A DNA stretch of 63,003 nt, the filler included, from Folioceros fuciformis (taxonomy: Eukaryota): the NCBI GenBank assembly GCA_049999805.1. It is 14 parts of 14 records of this genome, joined end to end, with 100 filler letters (N's around TTAATTAATTAA, not from the genome) between each part and the next. Parts side by side here need not be neighbours in the genome. Positions count along the whole stretch, not along the records: positions 41,915 to 53,339 come from JBNGIO010004891.1; positions 53,440 to 56,210 come from JBNGIO010004892.1; positions 56,311 to 59,466 come from JBNGIO010004893.1; positions 59,567 to 61,230 come from JBNGIO010004894.1; positions 61,331 to 63,003 come from JBNGIO010004897.1; 9 more parts are not named here. One strand, written 5' to 3'. A program made the translations under genes and the position numbers. Numbering within the stretch: position 1 is the first letter of the stretch; every line of letters starts with the position of its first letter. Positions 48,680-61,332 of the stretch are shown here, piece by piece. Under the pieces are notes generated by a model that ran no database searches, was not told the DNA's origin, and was given only the letters and a program-made list of their open reading frames with translations.

Positions 48680-51600
48680 TGTAAAGTAATGCAGAGCTCG
48701 CGATGCACACACAAAGCATAGTTTTTATTAAGCAAGTAATGCCTACATATATGTCCAACCGCTGTGAAATGGTTATAACTGAAATTAAACCTATTAAGTA
48801 ATCTACTTGGTATAACCTAATGTTACATAATATATATCGTATTATTTAACACTCCCACTCATTAGTTATACGGCCATTTATAAAGCCTCTAAATAACTGT
48901 ACGACATCCCCAGCTGTACCCTCATCTACGGAACAATTCACGGTCGTCAATCTTCAAGAGGGCTCCTGTACTGTAAACTGCTGAAGAACTCGCACTTACG
49001 TTGCTGGAGGTCACTTGCAGACATAACTGGTTCCTCCCGCTCCCAGCTCGCAATTGCTATGGCTGGAACATCCAGACACCCAATTGCAGTCTCTGAAGAC
49101 ACCGGGTATCACAGCGCTGAGGAAGAGCTGAATGACACCATGCTATCTGTGAATATGACTCCTCCTACAGCACCTGGTGTAGAGGCTGCTGATCTTCGGT
49201 GTAACTGCGCTTCAGTTACTCCTTCCTGCTGTCCCATTCACCCAGATACTATTCAAGCATGGAAGGCTATTGAAGCTGATAACTTCAACAGGGCCATGCG
49301 GTACTGGAAGAGCCAGGTGAAGCAGGTTGCAGAAAGAGAGAACAGACTCGCCAGGGAGGTGGATCACTTGAAGAAGAAACTGAGTAGAGGCAGACACAAT
49401 GTCACGTACCCAGATAGTGCCAACGAGCAGCTTTCTCTCAAGACTGTGCCTGCAGGAGTTGGTGTGAAGTGATGATACCCACAGAGTTTACTCCCAAGGC
49501 ATTCAAGCTACCAATTGGAGATATCCACAAGGTAAAATAGTTGGTGACTGATGGAAACGGTGTTGATGACCCACTGACCCCTGAGACATACACCTGCACA
49601 TCTACTGGAATCACCATGGTGAGGATGAATTGGTACAGATGGGGTGGTCAAGGTGGAAATTTCATCTCTATATACAGTAAGAGTTCTAACGCACGCCAGA
49701 AAATACTCCCACTATTTCTGTGGTTTGGCTAGTGCTGAGCTGAATACTTACAGCTTGTGTTGGATGTTTACTTACAGTTTCAGAAAAGAGGATGTATGAC
49801 GAAGCTGGAGTAGACTGGAACAGCATGGACAGTGAATGTGAGACAGAGTTTGACACAAGAAGAAACACGAGCTTCCTGCTAAGCTCCTCAGACTCAGAAG
49901 ACAATGAGTCTCCTTAGACTAGTGCACTTGGTGTATCTGCTAGCCTACCAAAACTCTGACCTACTCCACTCTAGAAGTTGTCACTCATTTCTCTTGTTGA
50001 ACTGTTAAGCTAGAGTCTAAGACCCCTAAAGCCTCCTTCGCAGCCTGTGTCAGAGCTGAGTACTCTGCCTCAGTGGAGAACAGAGAAACTGTAGACTGTT
50101 TCTTAGAGGACCAGGTAACGGCCCCACCAGCCAAGAGAAATGTATAAGCTGAGACTGACTTTCTCGTGTCAGAGTCAGCTGCCCAGTCAGCATCACAGTA
50201 TCCAACTAAAGTGAAGCTGTCCTCATCATGTGACTGACGGGAATAATGTATGCCATGACTGCTGGTGGCCTTCAGGTACCTCAAGATGCTCTTAGCTGCA
50301 GACCAATGTGGTCTTCCAGGCTCCTTCAAATATTGTGACACAGAACTGACTGCAAAGGAGACATCTGGTCGTGTGTGATTAGAGTAGAAAATCAAAGACC
50401 CTACAGCTTGAGCATAAGGCACCAGAGACATTTCCTCCTTCTCTCGTTTAGTTGAGGGCGACTGAGACTTTGTAAGTTTGCACCCTGCTTCTAACGGAGT
50501 AAGTGCTGGCTTGGCTTCTGTAAGCTTATACTTGTGCAGCATATCATATATGTACTTCTCTTGATGAATGGCTAAGGCTCCTGTATCTGGATTGCGCAGA
50601 AGCTGTGTGCCCAGACAATAAGTGAGCTCGCCAATGTCAACCATATCAAAGCACCCAGATAAGAGAGCTTTAACCTTGTCAATTCCTTCAAGATCAGTGC
50701 CCATGATGATACAATCATCAACATATAGAGCTAAAATAACATAGCCAGTTCCATGCTGCAGAAAATACACATTAGTGTCTGCTGAACTCTTCGTGAAACT
50801 CAGCCCTGTCAGAAACTCGTCAATGCAAGAATACCAAGCCCTAGGGCTCTGTTTCAACCCGTAGATCGTCTTCAGAAGCTTACAGACATGTGTCTCCTTC
50901 CCCTTGATCTCAAAGCCTTCGGGCTGCTGCATAAATATCTCCTCCTCAAGTTTACCATGTAAGAACGCAGTCTTAACATCCATCTGATGGATGAACAGCT
51001 TGAAAAAGGCAGACATAGAAAACAAAACCCGGAGAGATTGAGACTTGACCACAGGAGAGAATGTGTCATGATAATCAAGTCCGGGAACCTGTGAGAAACC
51101 TCGCGCTACCAATCTAGCCTTGTAGCGGGCTATTGTGCCATCCGCCTTATATTTCAGTTTAAAAAAACCCATTTAGAGCTGACAATTTTCCTCCCCTGAG
51201 GCGGAAGGCACAGCTCCCAAGTCTGATTTTGTATAAGACTATCATATTCAGATCTGATGGCAGCCTCCCACTGGCTAGATTCAGGTCCACTAATAGCCTC
51301 CTTGTATGACTGTGGCTCATATCCAGGGTTGACAACAAGATGGGCAGTGTCAGAAGGTGGAGGGGGGACCCGACGGAAATCATCACTACTATAAGGGAGT
51401 TCCCTCCAGTCAGAGGGAGGACGATGAGGACGAGTGGAGCGACGAAGAGGAGGTGCCTGCGGGACAGGAGCTACAAATTCAGCAGGTGGAGAATCAGCAG
51501 GTGGAAACTGAGGGACATGTTGCTGGACAAAGGAATCATCATCATTTGAAGATGAGTCTTCCGTGACAGAACCATTCTCATTATCTGAACCAGATGTAGA

Positions 51601-53339
51601 GGAAGGAAGATAATCAGGCTGTGGATCTGGAACAGGGAGGAGATCAGCACCAACATCATCAGCTGGAAAAGAGGCATCAAAAATAGGGAAGGTAGATGAC
51701 TCTAACTGATCTGCATCTCCTACCTCAGAAACCTTAGAGGAAGGATCTAGCTGATCTGTGGATGCAGACTGTGGATCAGAATCTGCTGATGACTGTGGCA
51801 ACAGGACAGGCCGTTCATCAAAGACCACCGTGCGGGCATGAATCACTTTGTGGGACACAGGGTCAAAGAGTTTATACCCATGAATGCCAACAGTATAACC
51901 AATGAAGATATGGAGCTTGGACTTGAAGGAAAACTTCTTGCGCAGCTTGTCGGGAATATGGGCATAAGCAGTACTTCCAAATACACGAAGATGAGACAAG
52001 TCTGGCCTAACCCCCGTCCAAGCCTCATACGGAGTCTTACCATGTAAGGAGGAGACTGCAGTCCTGTTCTGTAAGTATGTGGCAACCTGGACAGCTTCTG
52101 CCCAAAAACGAACAGGAAGTCTCCCCTGGAACAACAGAGAACGAGCTGCATCCTGTATGGTACGATGCCTCCTCTCAGCCCTGCCATTCATTTCTGAATG
52201 ATAGGGTATCGTTAACTGCCTGGTTATCCCTCTCTCCTCACAAAACTCTTGAAATGCAGTAGATAAATACTCCTTGGCGTTGTCAGAACGTAAACACTTA
52301 ATCTTCAAGCCTGTTTGTCGCTCTGCATATGCAAGGTACGTCCTAAAACAGTTGAACAGTTCACTCTTGCGTCGGAGAAGTGTGGTCACTGTAAAATGCG
52401 TCTTGTCATCCTCAAAGACGACAAAATAACGTGCGCCTCCCCATGAGTGTGTGGACATTGGTCCACATATATCAGAATGAATCAAGTCCAAAGTTTCAGT
52501 AACCTTACGAGGTTGACCACTGCCCAAATGAGATTTAAACTGTTTGCCATGAATACAGGCAACACATTGCTCCAAATCGGACAGTTCACTCTCGGACAAT
52601 CCAGTCACCATCTTCTCCTTCAGTAATCTGCGCATTGCTTGAAGATTCGGGTGGCCAAGTCGACAGTGCCACAGGTATGCCTGACTAACTGAAACCTTGG
52701 CATCTGCCACATTTACTGAAGGTGCAGGAACATCTATGAAGAAATCGAGGAGATACAGATCATACAAAGGTCTACCTCAAGCTAGAACTGTGTGTGAAGG
52801 CTTCATAAGGGAAACAACACATTCTATCCCTTCAAAGGTAATTCTGTATAAGCCAGTCTTCCCTAATGCCATAGTACTAACCAAGTTCTTGGTCAACAAA
52901 GGAACATGGAGAGTATCATGCAGTTCAAAAGGACTACCATTCTGCAAGGTAACTTGAACTGTTCCTGATCCTTTGATGGGTAAAGCTGAATTGTCTCCTA
53001 ACACCACCGCATGCGTATGGCCAGGTGAGGATGGAGTATAAGAAACAAAAGCTTTCCTCATGGAACACATGTGATTTGAAGCTCCACTGTCTAGAAACCA
53101 GTGATAAGTATCGCGAGAAGATGATGCCAGGCACATAACTAGCAGGCCGGGAGTAGATGCTCTGGTCACATGTGTCTCAGATTGCTTGCCCTTTGCAGCA
53201 TCGTCAGCCTTTTTCTTTCTGCAGTCCTTAATCCAATGATTAGGCTTACCGCAGTAATTACACACACCTGGTTTCTTTGCAGTGTTAGGATCAGATGAGG
53301 ACGCTTGTCCTCTGCCCCTTACTGAACCACCTCTGCCAC
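48680..53339 (-). mobile_element. Copia element: gag knuckle, PR, INT, RT, truncated RNase H, ~1.1-kb 3' region, PPT, 172-bp 3' LTR (48680-48851)
   Basis: CNYCGKPNHWIKDC, WFLDSGASNH, RSDNAKEY, YVDD, YCDADWAAD; PPT GAGTGGGAG at 48852-48860; LTR termini TGT...ACA. Confidence 0.93.
49059..49917 (+). pseudogene. Hypothetical antisense accessory ORF in the copia 3' region (intact 49059-49472, then apparently frameshifted)
   Basis: 137-aa ATG ORF with a Cys cluster and heptad-like segment, followed by protein-like frames ending in an acidic tail. Confidence 0.4.
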
Positions 53340-53439
53340 NNNNNNNNNNNNNNNNNNNNNNNNNNNNNNNNNNNNNNNNNNNNTTAATTAATTAANNNNN
53401 NNNNNNNNNNNNNNNNNNNNNNNNNNNNNNNNNNNNNNN

Positions 53440-53824
53440 AGTCCGTAGGGAAGTGTACAAGGTAGTGGTGTCGTTGCTGGTTGCTGGTAGTTGTTGGTGT
53501 TGGTGCTGGAGCGAGAGAGTGAGTAAAGGAAGTCGCAGATCTGAGAGGTTAGAGTCGTTGTAGTGACTGGAGTGAGTTTGTGGGCACCGAGAGAGGTGCA
53601 GCTGACCGCCGGACAGCGAGACCTGTCCTACGCCTGATCGGAGCTGGAGGGGAGCCCTCGAATCCGTCATCGAGTCGATCAAGTCCGACCCTCCATCCAC
53701 AGCAGCAAGGAACCCCATCGCTCCTTCGTGGGAACGAAACCCAATGTCTCAACGACAGTGGGATAAGTGTGGCCACTAAAGGTGGAACCTGTCGGCAATC
53801 AGTGCCCGGGGTTTTGCCTCCACA
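53440..53824 (+). mobile_element. Partial LTR of the family at 16332 (3' or solo LTR)
   Basis: 53779-53824 is identical to 16332-16377; no PBS follows. Confidence 0.88.
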
Positions 53825-55675
53825 GGCTTCCATGAGCCCCCTCACGTGTAAGCATACCTCAGCTGGTCCCGATGCTGGGCCACAACCAAATTGCCCATAG
53901 CCATAGGAAGAATCCTTTGAAACACCTCTGCTTTGGCTTGAACCTATGCCAAGCACACATTTGCATCTTTGCTCCAATCAACAGGGATGGAGTAAGTGTC
54001 CTTCACCACATTGGGCAACACTTCATTACGTCCAAATAACAAGAAATATGGACTGAAACTCCCAAGAGCTGTTTGCCCACTGACCGTGTCCCACAACACG
54101 ATGTAAGGGAGCAATTCATCCCAACACTTGGTCTCCACAGTGATGTAGTATTTCCTTAGTGCATCCTTGAAGGTCTGCACTAGCCTCTCTACTAGGCCAT
54201 CGGCCTGTGGGTGATCCCTCGATATCCTCTTGTGATCAATTAGATTCTTGTCCAGCAAGGTCTGGAATTCACCTCAAAACTCGTTACCCTAGTCTATGAG
54301 CACCTCTGCGTAGCTCCCAAATCTGCTGAGCACACACTACAGAAAGGCTCTACTGGTGTAATGCAAAGTTCTCTGTGGCAAGAAGGCTACCTCAACCCAC
54401 TTAAAGAAGTGCTCAATCATGACCATGCAATGTCAGTTGCCTTGGTTCGTGAGAGGAAGCTCTGGCATAAGATCAACCGACCATCTGAAAAATAGTCCTC
54501 TAATTGGTAGGGAGTGCAACACCACATCTTGGGTGTTAAATCTGGCTTTGACTGCGTCACATACAGCACACTTAGCCACCACCTTCTCAGTATCTGCATA
54601 CATCCTTGACCAGAAATACGCATTCTTTAGCATGTCGTATGTCGTCTTCACACCAAAGTGGCCAAGGGTTTTGTGCACCTTGGTCACTATCCCAACCCTT
54701 TCCTCAGGGCTTGGAACTTTCTTCACGAGCTCTCCCTCTGATAATAGCAACTCACCATTTCTCCATGAGTATCTGGCCACACACCTCCTGAGCTTAGCCA
54801 AGCCTGCTTTAGTGATTCCAGGCATTGTGCCTTCCTTCAGCAGTTGTAGGGCTTGAGGATGTCTCCACACATCTTGACAGACTCTGTCAGCACATGTCCT
54901 TCTTCATGCTCATCTGTCCCGGCCATGTGCGCCATGAAGCTGCTGGGTGCACTATCTATGTGCCTCTCATCTTGTCGAGCTCCTGTGACATCCTTGTCAA
55001 TCTCCAGTGGATTTCTGCTTAGCCCTTCTGCATTATGATGCACCTTGCCTGCCTTGTGCACGGCCTCCATATTGTACTCAGATAGCAGCAATGCCCACCT
55101 AGCTATCTTACCACTCAATTTCATATTGGTCATCAGCCAATGTAATGGCTGGTGATCTGTGACCAATTGAAAACGCCTTCCATACAAATAAACCCTGAAA
55201 TTCAGAACGGCCCACATTGCAGCAAGACACTCTCCCTCATATGAGGAGTAGTTCACTTCAGCAGAGTTGTTAGATCAGCTTGCATACGCCATAACTCGTT
55301 CAACACCATCTATACCATGTTGTGACAACACCACTCCAATTCCCATAGTGCTTCAGTCTATGTAGCACAAATGGTAGCCCCTACAGCTCCAAATCCGCAA
55401 TTCTCTTGAAATATATAGAAGCATTCTTTAGCCCAAACGACATCGTCTCCCACTCCCAAAGCTGGTCCTTCCCCTGGAAGGTTGTCTTGCACTTATCCTA
55501 CTCTTCAATCACAATTTGGTTGAAGCTTGAGCAAAAATCTAAGCTGGTAAAGAATTTTGCCTTACCTATGTATGGCATTGAAAAACTCGTCTGGAGTAGG
55601 CATGGGGTACCGCTCCATGGGAGTCACCTCGATTAGAGGTTGGTAGTCGCCACACATCCTCTTGTCCTTCCACTC
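53825..55675 (-). mobile_element. Degenerate gypsy pol (RT N-half, internal deletion, RNase H, integrase)
   Basis: RMCGDYQPL...MSFGLKNA, then SSYEGECLAA / TDHQPL, HKTLGHFG...CAVC, HPQADGLVER; the YxDD region is missing. Confidence 0.88.
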
Positions 55676-55677
55676 AT

Positions 55678-56210
55678 TGTTTTCATCCTTTTTGAGCGGC
55701 AGGACCGCCGCAGCAGCATACTGAGACCCTTGTTATTAATTCAATCACTTTTTGTTCTACTCTCGCCGTCTCCGTTCTATCCAGAATGTTTACATGGTAT
55801 CAGAGCCTATGCTCTGCATCTCGGCAACTTCCATGCAAAATGCCTAGGCAAGGAGCGTCTGCTAGGAATGCACGTAATCTAGACACAAACAGGAGAGATT
55901 GTCGTGGACGACAAGTCTCCAATTCCTTTGTACCACCAAATACCGTGCTAGACCTATACGAGCAGAACTACCCAGAACTTTGCCTTAGACATTTGCAGAA
56001 ACCCATTCTAGTGGGAGATTAAGAGCTCAAAGTGCACATAGAAATCCAATTACGGATAGATTATATAAAGCACGTTGTCAACAAAGGGGATAGAATCACA
56101 ATCTACGCTATGAAGCACGTGAATTGCCCCCTGTCGAGTCTCTCTTCCAACCTAGAACCACAACAACACGACGTGATCAGCAAATAGACAGAAATTCAAT
56201 TCCACAAACT
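55678..56210 (+). mobile_element. 5' end of an LTR element: ~117-bp LTR-like segment plus tRNA-iMet PBS (55795-55806)
   Basis: TGT...TTTACA directly followed by TGGTATCAGAGCC; interrupts the gypsy RT. Confidence 0.65.
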
Positions 56211-56310
56211 NNNNNNNNNNNNNNNNNNNNNNNNNNNNNNNNNNNNNNNNNNNNTTAATTAATTAANNNNNNNNNNNNNNNNNNNNNNNNNNNNNNNNNN
56301 NNNNNNNNNN

Positions 56311-59300
56311 AGCTGAGCATGTGTTGGTCGGCAGCCAGGTGACTAAGTATGCAATTGCCTTCATCCACCGGCTGCTAACCTGCTTGAGTTGCTTGGTATT
56401 TTGTTGTGGCACTCACACGCACACTGCTGCTGTCCAGGTATTCGGCTGCTGGGGGAGCAAGGGTAGGTGATTAGCTGTCAGGGTGTCTCCACAAGGTAAA
56501 CTTATGGAAGATGCTCCTGACTCGGAAGTTGGCACCTACCAGCCCAACCCAACCCACCATATAAGTGAACTGTTACTATTCCGTGTGTGCTGTGAAGTCA
56601 CAAATCCCCAAGCCCTCCATGTGCTGATAATGTTTGTGCTTTGGCAGGGCCTTCGTCAAGATGTCAGCAGTGTTGTCATCAGTTCCTACAAAACCCACTT
56701 TTGTCACACCTCTGTCCACAACATCACAGATGTAGTGGTGTTGTACCTCTATATGTTTGGTTCTGGCGTGAGAACGTGGGTTAGCTACCAAGGCCAAGGC
56801 AGACATATTGTCGCACAAAATCAAGGTTGGTTCCTCTTGCTTCTGCCCTAAGTCATGTAGAAATCTCCTTCCCCATTTGGCTTCTGTAAGCGACTTATAC
56901 TCTGCCTCAGTGGAGGAGAGTGATATAGATGTTTGCTTTTTGCTGCTCCAGTTGACAGCTGCAGAGGCTAACAAGAAACAGTACGTGGACAGGCTTTTGC
57001 GGGAGTCTGAGTCTGATGCCCAATCAGCGTCTGTAAACCCTGACAAGATAAGTCTATCCTGCATGCTGCTTTTGTATACCAGTCCATGATACATGGTGCC
57101 CTTGAGGTACCTGAATATCCGTTTTACTGCAATCCAGTGTGCCTTCCCTGGATTTTCCAGGAATTGAGAGACTATGCTTACAAAGTATTGTACATTAGGT
57201 CTCGTCCAATTTGCCACGAAGATAAGGCTTCCCACAGCGTGCCTGGAAGGAACTCCTACCATATCTTGTTTCTCCTGGGCAGTCTGAGGGCACATCAGGG
57301 TTGTGAGCTTGATTCCAACTACTGCTGGTGTTGTAGCAGGTCGGCAGTCCTCTAACTTGAACCTTCGCAGTATCTCGTTAATGTATTTGAGCTGGTGTAT
57401 GACCATAAGCTTCTCAAGTCTGTTACGAATGATCTGGATCCCTAAGCAGAATATGAGGGCTCCTATGTCCTTCATTTCGAACTTTTTGCTTAGCAAGCCT
57501 TTCACTTCTAACAACAATGGCTGGTTGTTGGTGGCTAGAATCACGTGGTCTACATATAGTGCCAGGACCACGTACTCTGCCCCTTTGGTAAGCCGATACA
57601 CGTTTGTGTCAGCCGTGCTCTGCACAAAGTTGATGCTAAGAAGCCAAGTCTCCATACAAGAAGGCCGTGCACACGTCCATATGCTGGAGGTCTAAGTCGT
57701 ACTCTGTGGCAAGTGCAAGGATCATCCAGATGGACTGAGCCCTCACAACAGGTGAGAAAGTTTCCTAATAGTCAAGTCCCTCGACTTGTGTGAAACCTCT
57801 CGCCACAAGTCTGGCTTTGAATCTGGCAACCTCACCCTTGGCATTCAGCTTTAACTTAAATACCCACTTACTTGAGATGGGCTTCCTACCATGTGGCAGG
57901 TCGACTAGAGTCCAGGTTTTGTTTTTGATCAACGACTGATATTCATCTTCAACTGCCACACGCCATTGTGCAGCTTCTGGACCATTGATCGCCTGTGATA
58001 AGGTCTTGGGCTCATGTGGTAAAAGGGCTGTTGCTGCTGAAGTGGAGTGCCTGAAATCGATGGATTGATATGGTGGTTCTATCCACTCTGACCTGGCTGG
58101 TCTCATTCGTGTGGAGCGTCGAGGCTCCTGTACAGGCAGCTCATCAACATCTGGAACGTGCTCCTCATGTGTAGGAGGATCCTGGGACGCATTTTCATCA
58201 AACAAATCTTCATGCTGGTAATCAACGTGATCAAAACCGAACTGTTCATGTTCTGAAAAAACATCCTGCTCCACAGAATCCTGTACTAACACATCTGGTG
58301 GTTCTGGTACAGGTAGAACATGGTCAGGTGCTGGTAGAGCATCATCAACAGGGCCAGCATCATCTTGGGGATAGTCCACAGGAGAGTCAAGTGCTGGATC
58401 TCACTCATCCAGATCTGCTGAGTCTTCTACCTCCTCTGAAGCTACAGTCACTCCATCTAGAGCTGGAGTTACTCCCTCTGAAGGTAGTGGCTCACCCATA
58501 GGTGCATGTGGTTCCAAGAAGGTGACACTCCTTGCCAGAACAATGGTATGTCTATGCTTGTCATAAAGTTTGTAAGCTTTGACATTCTCGCTGTATCCTA
58601 CGAAAATAAGACCTTGTGCCTGATTGTCTAACTTCCTCCTCTTTTCGGCAGGGATATAGGCAAAAGCTCGAGAGCCGAAGACTCAGAGATGAAGAATGCT
58701 GGGCTTACATTTCCAGAGTACCTCATAGGGGGTCTGCCCTTTGACAGAACTTGTAAACACCCTGTTCAGTATATAGGTGGCAGCCACCACTGCCTCTGCC
58801 CAATATCCTTGTGGGAGTCCTGCCCAAAGTAAAATGCTGCGAGTCATGCCGAGTAAGGTTTGATTTTTACGTTCGGCAACTCCATTATGTTGTGGTGTGT
58901 AGGGAACTGTCAGCTGACGCTGAATCCCACACTCCTGTAGGTAGGCATCAAACTGTGCATTGATGAATTTAGTGCCATTGTTAGTTCGAAGCCATTTAAC
59001 AACCTGTCTAGTGTGTCGCTGCACCACAGGAAGCCAATCTCTGAACAGCTGGAAAGTATCACTTTTTAGCTGCATGGGGAAGGTCCACGAGTATCGACTA
59101 TAATCGTCAGTAAGGGTAAGGTAATACCGAGAACCTCCACATGATGGCTCGTGAATTTTCCCAGATATGTCAGCATGTATGAGTTCTAACACATGACTGG
59201 CCCTATGTGCAAGTGTGCTTGAGAATGGCTGTTCCTTCTGCTAAACAAGTATACAGGCTTCACAAATCGGAAGGTCCTTGAAGCATCTAGGTAAGGGTTC

Positions 59301-59466
59301 TCGATAACAGTCCTTTCCAGCCATGTCAATGAGCTTTGCCCTGTTGGCATGACCAAGCCTGGCATGCCAAAGAGAAGCTAACACTTGTGAATCTAGCTGA
59401 CCTGTGCCTGTTGACAGAGCTGCAGGTTGAGACCTACAGTGAATGTCCAAACGGTACAGATCACAG
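56311..59466 (-). mobile_element. Degenerate copia pol (INT-RT-RH)
   Basis: LWHARLGH, LELIHADISG, HNGVAERKN, SKWVFKLK, YVDH (altered YVDD), FTDADWAS, ADILTKAL. Confidence 0.92.
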
Positions 59467-59566
59467 NNNNNNNNNNNNNNNNNNNNNNNNNNNNNNNNNN
59501 NNNNNNNNNNTTAATTAATTAANNNNNNNNNNNNNNNNNNNNNNNNNNNNNNNNNNNNNNNNNNNN

Positions 59567-59775
59567 GACTACCGCACTACCGGTAGCCCCGTGGACTACC
59601 GCACTACCGGTAGCCCCGTGGACTACCGCACTACCGGTAGCCCCGTGGACTACCGCACTACCGGTAGCCCCGTGGACTACCGCACTACCGGTAGCCCCGT
59701 GGACTACCGCACTACCGGTAGCCCCGTGGACTACCGCACTACCGGTAGCCCCGTGGACTACCGCACTACCGGTAG
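59567..59775. repeat. Perfect 27-bp tandem repeat GACTACCGCACTACCGGTAGCCCCGTG (7 full copies plus a partial; continues into gap)
   Basis: Units start at 59567, 59594, 59621, 59648, 59675, 59702, 59729, 59756. Confidence 0.97.
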
Positions 59776-60460
59776 TCCCCTCAACTACCGTTCCCCTGGT
59801 TCGGCTACCGGTAGCCCCTTTTGCTACCGGGGTCGCCGACTAACTCGGATGCCCAGGCTTGCTCTTCCCCTTCACTCTCTCTCTGGCCTCATCCCGCTCC
59901 CGCTTGTATCTGTCAGCCAACTTCTGAGCCTGCTCCACAGTGGCTATCTCCATCTCCTGTGCCTTGGCCATTTCCTGTTGCATCTCCAGGTTAGTCTCGT
60001 GAGCTTCCCTCACCTGAGCTAGCAGGGTCCCCTGTTGCTCTTTCAGCGCCTGCACTTCAGCCCTTGCCTTGCGTGCCTCTTCCTCGGCTTGAGCCTTCTC
60101 CCTGTCCAGGACCCGCTGCTTCTCCTCCAGCAGTTGCCGCGCCGTCTCCGACTCCGCTAGTTGCCTCCTTGCTTCAGCTCCTCGCTCACGAGCCTTCTCC
60201 TCCTTTCCCCAAGCCTCGGCCTCTTGCTCCGCTTGTACACTTAACCAGGTCAGGGCCCTAGCAGCCTGATCCAGGAGGTCTGCTTGGGCCTACACCATCG
60301 CAGCAGTCATCCTGGGTAGGTCCACCTCCTGCACCCCTTTGGCGCCCATTCCTCTCGTCGTGATTTGTCTGCCCATGAATTCTCGCAACTTGTCCAGGTC
60401 CCCACCTGCAACCTGTCTCTCTGAGGCCTGCACCTGAAAATGTCCTTCCACCTAAGGCAT
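59567..60460 (-). mobile_element. Second, diverged copy of the Athila-like 3' extra ORF
   Basis: QKLADRYKRERDEARERVKGK matches QKLADRYKREQDEARERVKGK near 43570; homology spans about 43040-43750. Confidence 0.85.
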
Positions 60461-61230
60461 ATATAGAGACCTAAGGGGCCCCGGGCCACCAAAGGCCAAG
60501 GACATACCCCACTCACCTACCTACAGACCTGGTCCTTAATGTTCTCAATGACCTGAGGGGCAAGGAGGCACTCGCTCCTTCCCCCTCCTTGTCCCGGTCT
60601 CCAGTACACCCCAAACCCCGAAGCCCAAGAGGGACTTTGGGCATAAACACCCTGGTCTTATTTACCTACTAAGCCGATTCGCCTGTCCCTTCACAATAAA
60701 AATCACAACCTGCTCATTCCGTCGCTCAAAATGGGGGTTCCGAAAGTTTTTTTCGTTCACAACATGTGATCAGTGTAGAAGGCATCCAGGTTGACACACG
60801 TAAGGTTAGCGCAGTGATGAACTGGCCCTTGCCACAGGACATAACCCAACTCATAGGGTTCCTAGGTATGGCCAGCTTCTACATGTTAGAGGTTACATAA
60901 GTAACCTATGGTTAACCTAACTTGGTTCTTAAACCGATAAGGGTTAATGAAACTCAGAATATAAAAACAACAATATACAACTATTTGTTATCATTCTATA
61001 TATGCTTGCTTGCAATTTCTAGAATATATTTGTCTTATTGTGGGGTTAAAATATGGTACCCGGGGGTACCGCGAGGTCCACACAAGCCCTCTGTGTCGTT
61101 GTAGCTCTGGGATTCGATCCCAAGGGAATGATTCGTGTTAAACTACACAGGTTAGCTTCTAAAGTCAATTAGCACCTAAACTCGACTGACCCACGCACAC
61201 ACGTCCAGTGCTCAGTCCTTACCCAGCCCC
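60461..61230. mobile_element. Mosaic of LTR pieces and a short gypsy RT fragment
   Basis: LTR-like end ...GTTCACA at 60761; HVISVEGIQVDTRKVSAVMNWPLP...FLGMASFY at ~60763-60883; TGTTAG at 60884; inverted Athila-like LTR tail from 61070. Confidence 0.65.
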
Positions 61231-61332
61231 NNNNNNNNNNNNNNNNNNNNNNNNNNNNNNNNNNNNNNNNNNNNTTAATTAATTAANNNNNNNNNNNNNN
61301 NNNNNNNNNNNNNNNNNNNNNNNNNNNNNNCG

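Noticed and set aside
59567-59775. Palindrome-containing 27-bp repeat as a CRISPR array
   Set aside because: Units are directly adjacent with no unique spacers, there are no cas genes, and the context is eukaryotic.
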